Source of the DNA: an uncultured Pseudomonadales bacterium
GTDB taxonomy: Bacteria > Patescibacteriota > Microgenomatia > UBA1400 > UBA1449
Reading direction: 5' to 3'
Assembly (NCBI GenBank): GCA_964386355.1
Contig: CAYLQQ010000003.1
Span: 69,880-133,879 of the forward strand
Length of the DNA stretch: 64,000 nt
Shown here: positions 47,104-57,150 of the stretch, in pieces
Layout: each line of letters begins with the position of its first letter
Numbering within the stretch: the first letter of the stretch is position 1
Made by a program: the position numbers and the translations under genes
Notes under the pieces: model-generated
Database searches by the model: none
Seen by the model: the letters and a program-made list of their open reading frames with translations, nothing else
Told to the model about the DNA's origin: nothing

Positions 47104-48405
47104 ATGGCTACTAAAACATCCACCCTTACCCCAAAACAGCAGCAGGATATTAAAAACCTGATTGATAAAGCTAAAAAACAGGGCTTCGTCAGCCAGGATG
47201 ATGTCATGATGATTTTTCCTCATGCTGAGGACAATATCGAGGCTGTTGATAAACTCTATGACCAGTTTTATAAACTAGGAGTAGACATTTTTGAGTCAGT
47301 GGCTGAGGAAGAGCAAACTGAAGAGGTGCAGGAATCTTCTGATCTGCAAAAAGAACTGGAACTTCTCATATCTTTGGAAAATAAAAAAATCGCAGATCCT
47401 GTCCGGATGTACCTGCGTGAGATCGGACGTATTCCTCTTTTGACCCGTGAACAAGAGATAGATTTGGCACGTAAAACTGAGGCATATGAGGTAAAGCGTA
47501 AAATTGTGGTTTTAAACAATGCTCGTGTCAAACAGGTTGGCGAGCAGCCAACAGATGAGGAAATTACAAAATTGATCAAGGAAAATTATGAGTATGATAT
47601 TGCTGTTGAAGACGTAAGTGTATGGCGTCAAACGCTTCCTATACAAGGACTAACATATAGCCTTATTCCAAATGATCCAGATAAAAAGGCCAAACAAGAC
47701 TTAACGACTGCCAATCTTCGCCTGGTTGTTTCAATTGCCAAAAAATATATCGGTAGAGGGATGAGCTTTCTAGATCTAATTCAGGAAGGAAACAAAGGGC
47801 TGATCAGGGCTGTAGAAAAATACGACTGGAAACGGGGCTATAAGTTTTCCACGTATGCTACCTGGTGGATCAGGCAAGCCATCACTAGAGCTATAGCTGA
47901 TCAGGCGAGGACCATTCGTATTCCCGTACACATGGTCGAGACGATCAATAAGCTTGTGCGGACCCAAAGACGGCTGATGCAGGAGCTAGGCAGAGAACCT
48001 ACTCCAGAGGAAGTTTCCAAAGACATGGAAATAGAGCCTGATAAAGTTCGTGAGATCATGAAAATCTCTCAAAAAACCACCTCCCTGGAAACTCCCATAG
48101 GTGATGATGAGGATTCATATCTGGGAGATTTTATTGCCGATGAGACAACCGAATCGCCGTACGAAATGACCTCTAAGAGGCTCCTGCGTGAGAATTTGAT
48201 GGAAGTTTTGGGGGCTTTGTCTGACCGTGAAGCAAAAGTGCTTAAAATGCGTTTTGGTTTGGACGGTAAACGGCCAATGACGCTTGAGGAGGTTGGAGCT
48301 GAATTTGGAGTTACTCGCGAGCGTATCAGGCAAATTGAAGCTAAGGCATTGCGTAAGCTCAAGCACCCATCCCGTCGAAAAAAGCTACAAGATTTTTTGG
48401 AATAA
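47104..48405 (+). CDS. rpoD: Primary sigma factor RpoD
   Basis: [69 protein letters not shown]. Confidence 0.98.
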   Translation: MATKTSTLTPKQQQDIKNLIDKAKKQGFVSQDDVMMIFPHAEDNIEAVDKLYDQFYKLGVDIFESVAEEEQTEEVQESSDLQKELELLISLENKKIADPVRMYLREIGRIPLLTREQEIDLARKTEAYEVKRKIVVLNNARVKQVGEQPTDEEITKLIKENYEYDIAVEDVSVWRQTLPIQGLTYSLIPNDPDKKAKQDLTTANLRLVVSIAKKYIGRGMSFLDLIQEGNKGLIRAVEKYDWKRGYKFSTYATWWIRQAITRAIADQARTIRIPVHMVETINKLVRTQRRLMQELGREPTPEEVSKDMEIEPDKVREIMKISQKTTSLETPIGDDEDSYLGDFIADETTESPYEMTSKRLLRENLMEVLGALSDREAKVLKMRFGLDGKRPMTLEEVGAEFGVTRERIRQIEAKALRKLKHPSRRKKLQDFLE

Positions 48406-48489
48406 TTACTTTACCTAAGTTTGTACAGCATTACCTAATTGTTCTATATAATAGGATTGTACCGATTTGATTTGGTACAACTTACGTAT

Positions 48490-48882
48490 ATGCTTTCTCC
48501 TCAATTGCAACGAGGCTTATTTGATTTGGTGTACTTTACCTGGCTACACAACAGCGAGGCAATTGCCTACTTTGTAGGTTGTGTGCTGACGCTCATTCTT
48601 CAGTTTATTAGACCTAGGCGGCTTAATTTACTGTTCTTTGTTGGGTTTTTACTCCTTCTTCTCGAGTTTCAATATGTCAAACATATTGTTGAGCCGCTTG
48701 AGCAGCAAACGCTCCAAACAGTACTTCAGCAGGGAGCAACAGGCGCACGCTTTACTAAATTAACCGGTATATTTTTAGAAAAATTGATTCCGTTTGGATT
48801 ATATCTAGGAGGTTGGGGGGCAGTATTCGTAGGGATATGGCTAGGAAATAAACACTTAATTAATACGAACAAGGAAAGTTAA
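48490..48882 (+). CDS. Hypothetical membrane protein
   Basis: ORF with three hydrophobic segments downstream of rpoD. Confidence 0.6.
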   Translation: MLSPQLQRGLFDLVYFTWLHNSEAIAYFVGCVLTLILQFIRPRRLNLLFFVGFLLLLLEFQYVKHIVEPLEQQTLQTVLQQGATGARFTKLTGIFLEKLIPFGLYLGGWGAVFVGIWLGNKHLINTNKES

Positions 48883-48925
48883 GTTACATATTGATATGTA
48901 GCTATCTATGTATTATGATTTATAC

Positions 48926-49618
48926 ATGGGATATCAAGGAAAATATCAAGAGAAGCAACTAGCAATTAATCTTCGCTCTCAAGGATTGTCGTACTCCGAA
49001 ATATATAAACACATTACAGTGTCAAAAGATACACTAAGCAGATGGTGCAGAGATGTTCTTTTAGACGATAATCAGATCAAATTATTGCAACAAAAAAGGA
49101 TTAATGGCGGTCAAAAAGGAGGTATAGTTGCATCAGAAAATAAAAAAAGAAAACGGATAAAGATAACAGAAAGAATAACCAGGGATGCAATTATTGAAAT
49201 TGGTAGGTTAAATGATAGAGAAATTTTTCTTGTGGGTGTTGCCCTATACTTAGGCGAGGGGTTGAAGGGAGATTGTGAGGTTGGGTTTACCAATGGGAAC
49301 ACTAAGGTTATTGAATTTATGATGTTTTGGTTTAGAAAAGTATGTAAAGTGGCAGAAAGTAAGTTTAGAGGTCAAATATGGATCCACGACAACCTTGACA
49401 TGGTAAAGGCAAAACACTTTTGGCACAAATTAACTGGAATACCCTTAAGTCAGTTTAGGAAAACATATATTGCTAAAAACAATAATAATTCAAAAAAAAT
49501 ACGCAAACAAATCCATGAGAATGGAATATTTGCAATAAAAATATCTGATGTAAAATTACAAAGGAGAATACTGGGATGGTGTGCTGGAATTTTAGATCAA
49601 GTTAAGGTAAAATCGTAA
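48926..49618 (+). CDS. HTH + LAGLIDADG-like putative endonuclease/DNA-binding protein
   Basis: N-terminal HTH (AINLRSQGLSYSEI...VSKDTLSRW); GVALYLGEG resembles a LAGLIDADG helix and is followed by VGFTN...; ends 13 bp before a tRNA-derived unit. Confidence 0.65.
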   Translation: MGYQGKYQEKQLAINLRSQGLSYSEIYKHITVSKDTLSRWCRDVLLDDNQIKLLQQKRINGGQKGGIVASENKKRKRIKITERITRDAIIEIGRLNDREIFLVGVALYLGEGLKGDCEVGFTNGNTKVIEFMMFWFRKVCKVAESKFRGQIWIHDNLDMVKAKHFWHKLTGIPLSQFRKTYIAKNNNNSKKIRKQIHENGIFAIKISDVKLQRRILGWCAGILDQVKVKS

Positions 49619-49631
49619 GGTTATTTTAAAT

Positions 49632-49748
49632 TCCCCGATAGCTTCAGCGAAGCAATCCCTGAGGATATTATCCGAAAGGGACAATGGCATTTGCCAGGTT
49701 CGAATTTATGAAAACTGAAGTAAAAGGGAAAGTTTGACAATTTAATAT
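49632..49748 (+). repeat. tRNA-5'-end unit (117 bp) with a hairpin insert upstream of tRNA-Asn
   Basis: TCCCCGATAGCT (49632-49643) + TCAGCGAAGCAATCCCTGAGGATATTATCCGAAAGGGA + CAATGGCA (49682-49689), then a T-arm-like CCAGGTTCGAAT. Confidence 0.8.
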
Positions 49749-50132
49749 TCCCCGATAGCTCAATGGCAGAGCATTCGCCTGTTAGAAAATAGCAGCGCCT
49801 TGCAGTAATGTGAGGATGAAAAGTGGGTGAATTCAGGGAAACCTAATTCAAAAGTATTGTTCCCTTTTTTTAGTGGAATAGGCGCGAAGCCGCCTTTAGG
49901 GTTTTACCTACAAAATACTTAAGATATGGTAATCCTGAGCCAAGTTTTTCACTATTTTAAAAAATTTAGTGAGAAAAAGGTGCAGAGACTAGCTGATTAC
50001 AGCAGGCTTGGCCTACGGCCAGGCACAGCGCCCACTCTCCAATAGTTTGGAGAAAGAGATAGTCCATGCTGTGGTGAAAGCCATAGGTTACATGTAAGCG
50101 AAGGGTTCCTGGTTCGAGTCCAGGTCGGGGAG
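49749..50132 (+). tRNA. trnN: tRNA-Asn(GTT) split by a group I intron (exons 49749-49782 and 50095-50132)
   Basis: The joined exons give a 72-nt cloverleaf with a TCCCCGA/TCGGGGA acceptor and a TTCGC-CT-GTT-AA-GCGAA anticodon arm. Confidence 0.93.
49783..50094 (+). ncRNA. Group I self-splicing intron (312 nt, no ORF) inserted within the anticodon (GT^T)
   Basis: P1 CTGT|TA-GAAAA-TAGCAG with the U.G splice pair; core elements AATTCAGGGAAA, AATCCTGAGC, CAGAGACTA, GATAGTCC; P3 AGTGGGTG/CGCCCACT; terminal G at 50094. Confidence 0.92.
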
Positions 50133-50229
50133 CATTTCTATGGATTTCTACGATTTTCTTCGGATTTTTTCATCACCATACACTCATACAAGCGTAGCTT
50201 AATCCTCATATTCTCGGTATAGTAATTAT

Positions 50230-51174
50230 ATGCTTTCTCACCTGTTCATCCTCATTGTGTGTTTTGTGATTATCTGGTTTAGTTCAGGGATTGTGGTTAA
50301 GGGAGTTGAGAAACTGGCATACCGTTTCAAACTATCCCGGTTTGCTGTATCTGTTTTTTTATTGGGAGTAGTTACCTCACTGCCGGAAATCGGAGTGCTG
50401 GTTAACTCGCTTTTGCTTAATACACCGGAAGTATCCTTAGGAAATCTGGTAGGCGGGCAGATGTATATTCTCTTTTTCATTATCCCGCTTTTGGCAATGG
50501 TGGTAGGTAACATCAAACTACATACTGCCCTCAAGGACAAATCCCTGATAATTACCTTACTGGTATTAGGAGCGCCCTTGGGTGTTCTAGTTGATAAACA
50601 GGTAAATATCGGAGAAGCTTGGTTGTTACTTGTCCTATATCTGGTTTTTATTGTGGTGTATTGGAAGAAGATGAGCTTTCTGGAGAGAGTAGAACAAAAG
50701 CTGCATCACGTTAAAAATGGGGATGGGCTACTGCTATTTAAAGTGTTGGGAGGAATGGGATTAATACTTCTGGCCAGTAATCGGATTGTTACCGAGATAC
50801 ACATACTATCTACTTTATTTAGTATTCACGAATTTTTTGTCAGTATGATTATTATGGCAGTGGGCACGAATACCCCGGAATTGTCGCTGATGCTTAGAGG
50901 GGTGGTGGCGAAACGCTACGATGTGGCTTTGGGTAACTATGTCGGTTCCGCAGCTCTTAATTCGCTGTTAATTACCCTGCTGGTGTTAGGTAGAGGTGGA
51001 AGTGTCGCTATCCATATGAACCTGACTATCCTATTCGTTTTAATGGGTGGTATTGTCTGTTTCTGGTACTTTGCCCGTTCCAAGGGAACGATATCCCGAC
51101 TGGAAGGGATTTGTTTACTGGTGTTTTACCTTCTGTTCATTAGTGTCGGTTTCTTTCAGGAAATCACTACATAA
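50230..51174 (+). CDS. Sodium:calcium antiporter family protein
   Basis: Two alpha repeats: TSLPE...GNLVG and GTNTPE...GNYVGS. Confidence 0.88.
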   Translation: MLSHLFILIVCFVIIWFSSGIVVKGVEKLAYRFKLSRFAVSVFLLGVVTSLPEIGVLVNSLLLNTPEVSLGNLVGGQMYILFFIIPLLAMVVGNIKLHTALKDKSLIITLLVLGAPLGVLVDKQVNIGEAWLLLVLYLVFIVVYWKKMSFLERVEQKLHHVKNGDGLLLFKVLGGMGLILLASNRIVTEIHILSTLFSIHEFFVSMIIMAVGTNTPELSLMLRGVVAKRYDVALGNYVGSAALNSLLITLLVLGRGGSVAIHMNLTILFVLMGGIVCFWYFARSKGTISRLEGICLLVFYLLFISVGFFQEITT

Positions 51175-51391
51175 AGTTGTATTCACGTATTTCAGGCTAC
51201 AGCAGGAACGGGGTTACCTTTTTGTAGCTTCTTAATTTCCTCCCACCGTGTACGTATTAAGCTCATTTGGACCGTGTTTTCAAAGGAAGAAAGCACGGTA
51301 TTTAAGGCAGTTATATAGTCTCTAGGGCAAGGGAGCAATTTCTATGGATTTCATCAACTGCAATAGTCTCGTTTTCGATATAATTATTCCC

Positions 51392-52462
51392 ATGAACAGC
51401 AAAATAAATCTTACGGATTTGGGTTACGATGAGTTCTTTGAATCCGAAAAGAAGGAATCCGGTTTAACAAAGTACCCGGTAGCCAGAGTAATTGCCGAAT
51501 ACAAAGAAGCTTACAGGGTAAAAAATGCTGATGGAGAATACTTGGCAAGGATTACCGGTAAACAAATGTATAAAGCCCAAAAAAGAGAAGACTATCCTGC
51601 TGTCGGTGATTGGGCAGTGATTGACGTTCTTCCTGATAACAAAGCAGTAATACTGGCAACTTTACCGAGAAGAACAATACTAAAGAAACAATACAATGAT
51701 AAACATGACGCACAAATAATTGCTGCAAATATTGATACTGCGTTTATCGTGGAGTCTATGGATAGGGACTATAACCTCAACCGGTTTGAAAGATTTCTTG
51801 TATTGGTAAGCGAAGGTAAAATAAGACCAATTATTGTGCTTAACAAAACAGATTTAATTTCAAAGGCAGAATTGGAATCAAGGATTATCCAGATTAAAGA
51901 CAGATGTAACGATATAGAAATTATTTGCTCCAGTACAGTCAAAGAGCAGGGATTAAACGATATGTCAAATCATATAATCAGAGGGAAAACATATTGTTTT
52001 CTTGGCTCATCAGGAGTAGGCAAATCTTCTCTGATAAACAAATTGCTTGGAAAGGATACAATTAAAACAGGAGAAATAAATTTTGATACTGAAAGAGGCA
52101 GACATACCACCACTACCAGAGAAATGTATTTTTTGGAGAATGGAGGGATTGTTATTGATAATCCGGGAACAAGAGAAGTAGGGATAGCGAATTCTGATAT
52201 TGGTCTGAAGAGCGTATTTGATGAAATAAGTCTTTTATCTAATAAATGCAAGTATGCCAATTGTACTCATACGCATGAGCCAGATTGTGCTGTTTTGAAA
52301 GCTACAGAAAAAAAGGAACTAGATAAAGGGAAATATGATAACTACATCAAATTAAAAAAAGAATCTGAGTTCTACAAAATGAACGAAATGGAGAAAAGAG
52401 CAAAAGACCGCAAATTCGGACAAATGGTAAAAAAATATCATGATTTGTTTAAGGACAATTAA
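51392..52462 (+). CDS. rsgA: Ribosome small subunit-dependent GTPase A
   Basis: PAVGDW, AANID, NKTD, GSSGVGKSS, GRHTTT, DNPG, CKYANCTHTHEPDC. Confidence 0.93.
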   Translation: MNSKINLTDLGYDEFFESEKKESGLTKYPVARVIAEYKEAYRVKNADGEYLARITGKQMYKAQKREDYPAVGDWAVIDVLPDNKAVILATLPRRTILKKQYNDKHDAQIIAANIDTAFIVESMDRDYNLNRFERFLVLVSEGKIRPIIVLNKTDLISKAELESRIIQIKDRCNDIEIICSSTVKEQGLNDMSNHIIRGKTYCFLGSSGVGKSSLINKLLGKDTIKTGEINFDTERGRHTTTTREMYFLENGGIVIDNPGTREVGIANSDIGLKSVFDEISLLSNKCKYANCTHTHEPDCAVLKATEKKELDKGKYDNYIKLKKESEFYKMNEMEKRAKDRKFGQMVKKYHDLFKDN

Positions 52463-52763
52463 ACTCTATTTGCTTTTTAGTTTCTTTATTTCTTCCCCAT
52501 TTATCTTAACTCACTAATATACCTCAGTTTCTGAAAAGCTTTGATTAATGTATTGCCGGGGGTATCTGCAATTTCTTAATCTCATTCCATCTCACCCTTA
52601 TCAAACTCATCTGGATTGGGTTTTGGAATAAGCGCATGATGTTATCAAACGCAGTTATTGGGAGTTCAAGGCTAGGGAGCATTGATATATAAAGATATAG
52701 TATATTGAAAGACTCTCCTCGTGTTTATTATACTTTATTAAAGTTGTGACGTAATATATCTCC

Positions 52764-53081
52764 ATGACTAAAATTAATATTTCAGGCGGAGTTGTACACA
52801 CAGTTCCAGCGGATTTACAGGAAGCTTTATCTTCTGATCCAAATATTATAGCAATGTGGGAAGGGCTCACACCGCTTGCGCGTAATGAATGGATCTGTTG
52901 GGTTACCTTTGTTAAGAAAGATGAGACCAGAAGGAATCATATTAAAAGATTAGTGAGTGAACTCAAGAAAAATAAACGTAGACCTTGTTGTTGGATAGGG
53001 TGTATCCATAGAACAGATAAACCACTTAGCCCTTCTGTAAAAAACATACTCTTCAGGGATTCTAAAAAGGACTCAAAGTGA
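52764..53081 (+). CDS. YdeI/OmpD-associated family protein
   Basis: VPADL...LTPLARNEWICWV...KKDETR...RPCCW. Confidence 0.8.
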   Translation: MTKINISGGVVHTVPADLQEALSSDPNIIAMWEGLTPLARNEWICWVTFVKKDETRRNHIKRLVSELKKNKRRPCCWIGCIHRTDKPLSPSVKNILFRDSKKDSK

Positions 53082-53146
53082 TGTAAAGTAAGGTACTTCT
53101 TCAAGCTATCAACACTTTATAGTTTGTATGCTAAGATAGGAAATAT

Positions 53147-53455
53147 ATGAACATACCCAAACAAATCAACCAGTCTATTCAAATACAAGAAGGATCAGTT
53201 GTTAGCAGAGAAATAATCAGTAAGCCAACAGGGACTGTTACCTTGTTTGCTTTCGATAAGGGGCAGGGACTGAGCGAGCACAAAACGCCCTACGATGCTT
53301 TGGTGGTGGTCACAGAAGGAGTTGCCGAAATTACAATCTCAGGTACGGTGCACGAAGTGAAAATGGGAGAGATGCTACTCATGCCAGCCAATGAACCTCA
53401 CGCAGTCAAGGCCGTTGGTTCGTTTAAGATGATGTTGACTATGGTTAAGTCATAA
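53147..53455 (+). CDS. Cupin domain protein
   Basis: TLFAFDKGQGLSEH, MPANEPHAV. Confidence 0.88.
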   Translation: MNIPKQINQSIQIQEGSVVSREIISKPTGTVTLFAFDKGQGLSEHKTPYDALVVVTEGVAEITISGTVHEVKMGEMLLMPANEPHAVKAVGSFKMMLTMVKS

Positions 53456-53458
53456 ATT

Positions 53459-54097
53459 ATGAAATTCAATCTCCATACACTATTATTGCTTCTGGTAATC
53501 ATACTTTTATCAATATTGATCTATCTAATTACTAAAAAAGAAAATAATTCCTTTTCAAACAATTCTACCCAAACACCAGATGAAACAGAAATTGTTGTAA
53601 GCTCAGATACAAAGACTGCTGATATTGTTGTCACGCCATTACCGGAGAAAGAAACAAAGAGCTTAAAGGTTTATACGGATAGTGAGCGGGGTTTTTCAGT
53701 TGAGTATCCTGATAATATTAAGCCTGAGAATATGCAAAGCGGAGAAGTGACTTTCACCGTATGGGGGCCTACGCAGGCTGAGGACACAGAATTTTATGAC
53801 GGTATCCTGATCAGCTTCCAGTCCATATCATTTGATGGTTTGGATCTAAAAGAGCGGGTCGAAGAAGAGCGGGAAATGCTTGCAGATCTCTATGGTGAGC
53901 CTCTCTCAGAAATTGACCCCATTACTATTGATGGACAGGAGGGGTATATCTATAACGATCACATAGCCCAATACATCTATGTGCCTCAAGCGGGGCAACG
54001 TTACCTCTATATTGTCAATATGACAAAAGACCCAGGCAATATGGGATACAAAGATACAGTGTACAAAATGATAGAAAGTATTAAAATTCTCGAATAA
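53459..54097 (+). CDS. Hypothetical membrane-anchored exported protein (PsbP-like)
   Basis: N-terminal TM; GFSVEYP; ITIDGQEG. Confidence 0.55.
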   Translation: MKFNLHTLLLLLVIILLSILIYLITKKENNSFSNNSTQTPDETEIVVSSDTKTADIVVTPLPEKETKSLKVYTDSERGFSVEYPDNIKPENMQSGEVTFTVWGPTQAEDTEFYDGILISFQSISFDGLDLKERVEEEREMLADLYGEPLSEIDPITIDGQEGYIYNDHIAQYIYVPQAGQRYLYIVNMTKDPGNMGYKDTVYKMIESIKILE

Positions 54098-54130
54098 AAT
54101 ATCTGTAATTAAATGTTTGTTCAACTTAAT

Positions 54131-54958
54131 ATGAAACATAAAAAATCCATTCTCATTGCTCTTTTAGTGCTGTTAATACTGGTATGCATTCTGGGTTATG
54201 CTTGGATAGGTAAAGAATCAAGAGGATCTCAACAGACTGGAAGTAAAACAACCAATAGTACAGTAGCAACTCAAAACAAGGCTGTTACATCAGAAGATTA
54301 TTTACTAGAGGGTTATCCCAGTAAGACCGTACCTCTGTACAAATCTAAAAAAGTCAGCGCTTCGAAATTCTTTGTAAATAAAGACCCACAGCGTTTTGCA
54401 GGCTATTTTGGCAAGACGGTCAACTATTTCAATGTAGTCTTTGAAACCGAAGCAACACCACAAGAGTATCTAAACTACTACCGATCCCTGATGAGTGAGG
54501 CAAACGAAGAATCGGTCTCCGATTCCCAGATCGAGGGTACGATCGGCAAGTACAAAGTAGAAGCTTCCCATTATGGAGATAACCCTGAAAACTATGGCTA
54601 CCTGCAAGTGTATCTGCCAGAAGATGAGTACCAGTCAGACAATCGCTATTTCCAGAATTATCCCAACCTGGTGGAGTTTGACCAGACCACGCCCGAGTAT
54701 GAGAGCAGCTATGGGTTGCTTAACCAGAAGGGTGGCGAGGTCGAATATACTCAGTACTTCCTGATGCCCCAAAAAGATGAAGATAGGGATGCATTGATAC
54801 AGGTCTATCAGGAGAAACATCAGGCAGAGCAAGGCTACAGTTTTGATGAAGAGAGCGGTACTATGAAGTGGCAAAAGAATGGATTTACCGTGACTATGAC
54901 ATTTTCCAAAGACCACGGGAGGATCTACTTAATGATCCGAAAACCGATGGATAAATAA
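54131..54958 (+). CDS. Hypothetical exported protein
   Basis: N-terminal TM followed by a long open frame. Confidence 0.6.
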   Translation: MKHKKSILIALLVLLILVCILGYAWIGKESRGSQQTGSKTTNSTVATQNKAVTSEDYLLEGYPSKTVPLYKSKKVSASKFFVNKDPQRFAGYFGKTVNYFNVVFETEATPQEYLNYYRSLMSEANEESVSDSQIEGTIGKYKVEASHYGDNPENYGYLQVYLPEDEYQSDNRYFQNYPNLVEFDQTTPEYESSYGLLNQKGGEVEYTQYFLMPQKDEDRDALIQVYQEKHQAEQGYSFDEESGTMKWQKNGFTVTMTFSKDHGRIYLMIRKPMDK

Positions 54959-54962
54959 AGCC

Positions 54963-55382
54963 ATGAACTCCTTTTACAAAAAATCAATTCTCTTCTGGTT
55001 TGTATTGCTGGTACTAGCTTTAATCAATGCAACGATCCGTGAAACGACGTACAAACCTTTGCTTACCCCTAGTATCGGCACGCTGTGGGCTCACCAGATT
55101 AGTTTAGTGACTGGAATTCTGCTGTTTTTTGCTGCCATTTATTACTTCCTCAAGCATGTAAAGGATCCGTACTCAAAAAAAGACCTCATCCTTGTTGGAT
55201 TACTGTGGATCGGGATGACTGTCGTATTTGAAACCTTTATGAACGCACAAATCCGCAAGCTGAGTCTGCAAGAAGTGCTTGAAACCTACTATTTTTGGCG
55301 AGGAGATACCTGGGTATTTGTCTTGCTGTCCCTGCTCATCTCTCCCCTGGTTGCTGATACGCGTATCCACAAAACTAGCTAA
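54963..55382 (+). CDS. Hypothetical four-TM membrane protein
   Basis: NATIRE, AHQIS, GLLWIGMTVVFE pattern. Confidence 0.65.
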   Translation: MNSFYKKSILFWFVLLVLALINATIRETTYKPLLTPSIGTLWAHQISLVTGILLFFAAIYYFLKHVKDPYSKKDLILVGLLWIGMTVVFETFMNAQIRKLSLQEVLETYYFWRGDTWVFVLLSLLISPLVADTRIHKTS

Positions 55383-55402
55383 AACATATCACCGCGTATT
55401 TA

Positions 55403-56443
55403 CTATTTGAAAACCTTTTTAGTTATATGTTCTAAAGCCACTGCAATCATAAACGAAATTGCGAGTGTAACAATAAATCTGATGCAGAACTGAAAAATAT
55501 CCGATACAGGTAAAATTGGAAATAGTTTATATTTTGAACCTAAATACAAGATCAGCATATGGATTAAGTATATACCGTAGCTTGACTTACCAAGCTTTGA
55601 CGCAAACCGATTGACTATCAGCCAGTGAGGATATTTAAAAAGCAATAAGGCAAGACAAGTAAAAAAGATACTAAACAGGTAGTGTCCGGAGATAATTTCG
55701 AGAGGTAACAGCAGCTGCACAGCTACAAGAATAAAAATACCAAATCCAAATAATAGTATGGTGCGCTTATCTTGATCAGAAATTTGGGATTTTTTCAGAA
55801 TATGAGCCAAAGTCAGACCGACACAAAAGACAGGCAGCTGGGATATGGGAAACAGGTAGCTAAAATCAGACCACAGGGACTGATTTGAAGTAAGAGGATT
55901 TTCCAAGAGAAATAACCGTATACCCTGAGATACTAAAAAACTTACCATAAGCAGTAGGCCTGCTTTTTTTAGATCTGCAAACAGGGGATACAGGAAAGGA
56001 AACAGAAGTGAAAAGAAAATCAGCACAGGAATAAACCAGCTACCGGGGAAAATAATATTAAAAAGCGAAGGTATAAAGCTATTAGCAAAGGTTAAAATTG
56101 CAATTATTTGGGGAATATGTAGCGGTGGGGCATTGATTACCAGCCATATGGCAAGTGTGAGATAGTAAGGCGGAGCGAGTCTTTTTAGGCGATGAAAACA
56201 GAAGTGAAGGTAATTACTCAAACCTACACAGTACTTTTGCCATGATAGACTGAGACTGATGGCGCTGAGAATAAAGAAAACCTGTACTCCCCGCGATCCC
56301 TGGCTGATAAAAGTTTGTACATACGAAGGCAGCACCAGATCTGAAAATGAAGTGCTGTGAAACAGGACAATACCCAGGATTGCCCAGCCTTTGAGCGAGT
56401 CTAATACTACATTTCTACTATTATGCTCGATTAATGGTGGCAT
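55403..56443 (-). CDS. Acyltransferase-3 family membrane protein
   Basis: LDSLKGWAILGIVLFH, GVQVFFILS, RLKRLAPPY, SYGIYLIH. Confidence 0.88.
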   Translation of the reverse strand: MPPLIEHNSRNVVLDSLKGWAILGIVLFHSTSFSDLVLPSYVQTFISQGSRGVQVFFILSAISLSLSWQKYCVGLSNYLHFCFHRLKRLAPPYYLTLAIWLVINAPPLHIPQIIAILTFANSFIPSLFNIIFPGSWFIPVLIFFSLLFPFLYPLFADLKKAGLLLMVSFLVSQGIRLFLLENPLTSNQSLWSDFSYLFPISQLPVFCVGLTLAHILKKSQISDQDKRTILLFGFGIFILVAVQLLLPLEIISGHYLFSIFFTCLALLLFKYPHWLIVNRFASKLGKSSYGIYLIHMLILYLGSKYKLFPILPVSDIFQFCIRFIVTLAISFMIAVALEHITKKVFK

Positions 56444-56614
56444 AATGAGGAATTTCTGAGCAACCATGCTCATACCAGCTCTATAGCATTCACAAGCAAA
56501 TAGTTTCTTATATTCCTGTGATGGTTTCTATTCTATAGCTGAGTATAATACAATTAGTATACGGTTACTATGAAAAATTTGAGGTATCCAGTGAATGGGT
56601 ATACTCATGTATAT

Positions 56615-57115
56615 ATGGCAGAAAAACAAAGTAAATCCACAGAAGAAAAAGTTACAAGCAAAGAGCCTTCAAAACTGACCAAAATTCGTTATAATCGCAA
56701 GTTTCGTCTAGGATTAATCTTAGTACTTATGGCTATCGTGGCTGTGCTTTTCTTTCTGTGGGAAAAGGCCAGGATAGCTCTGGCAATTGCCTTTGTGGCT
56801 TTGCTGGCTGCTCTTGGTTTGGAAGTATCTCAAAATGATTGGGATCTGGGTAAGCTATGGGAAACTAAATCATTTCAGGAGTCGAAAGTCAGCAGAGATG
56901 AGTCAGGTAATATTCTCTTTGACAAACTGGGCAACATCACCACCGATAGCAGCATAGGTAAAAAAGCAGATGATTACAACTGCGATGATTTTGCTACCCA
57001 GCCTGAGTCTCAGGCATTTTTCCAAAAAGTCGGGGGTGTAGGAAATGATGTCAACCGACTCGATGGAGACAAAGATGGCGAAGCCTGCGAATCGTTACCC
57101 ATAGGAAAAGAATAG
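56615..57115 (+). CDS. Membrane protein with a C-terminal Excalibur-like calcium-binding domain
   Basis: [13 protein letters not shown]...[12 protein letters not shown]. Confidence 0.75.
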   Translation: MAEKQSKSTEEKVTSKEPSKLTKIRYNRKFRLGLILVLMAIVAVLFFLWEKARIALAIAFVALLAALGLEVSQNDWDLGKLWETKSFQESKVSRDESGNILFDKLGNITTDSSIGKKADDYNCDDFATQPESQAFFQKVGGVGNDVNRLDGDKDGEACESLPIGKE

Positions 57116-57150
57116 GGATTGATGTAATAAAACTACGCACTTTCTAATCT

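Noticed and set aside
47470-47690. Intein or mobile insertion in RpoD between regions 1.2 and 2.1
   Set aside because: It occupies the usual non-conserved region, is short, and lacks intein terminal residues.
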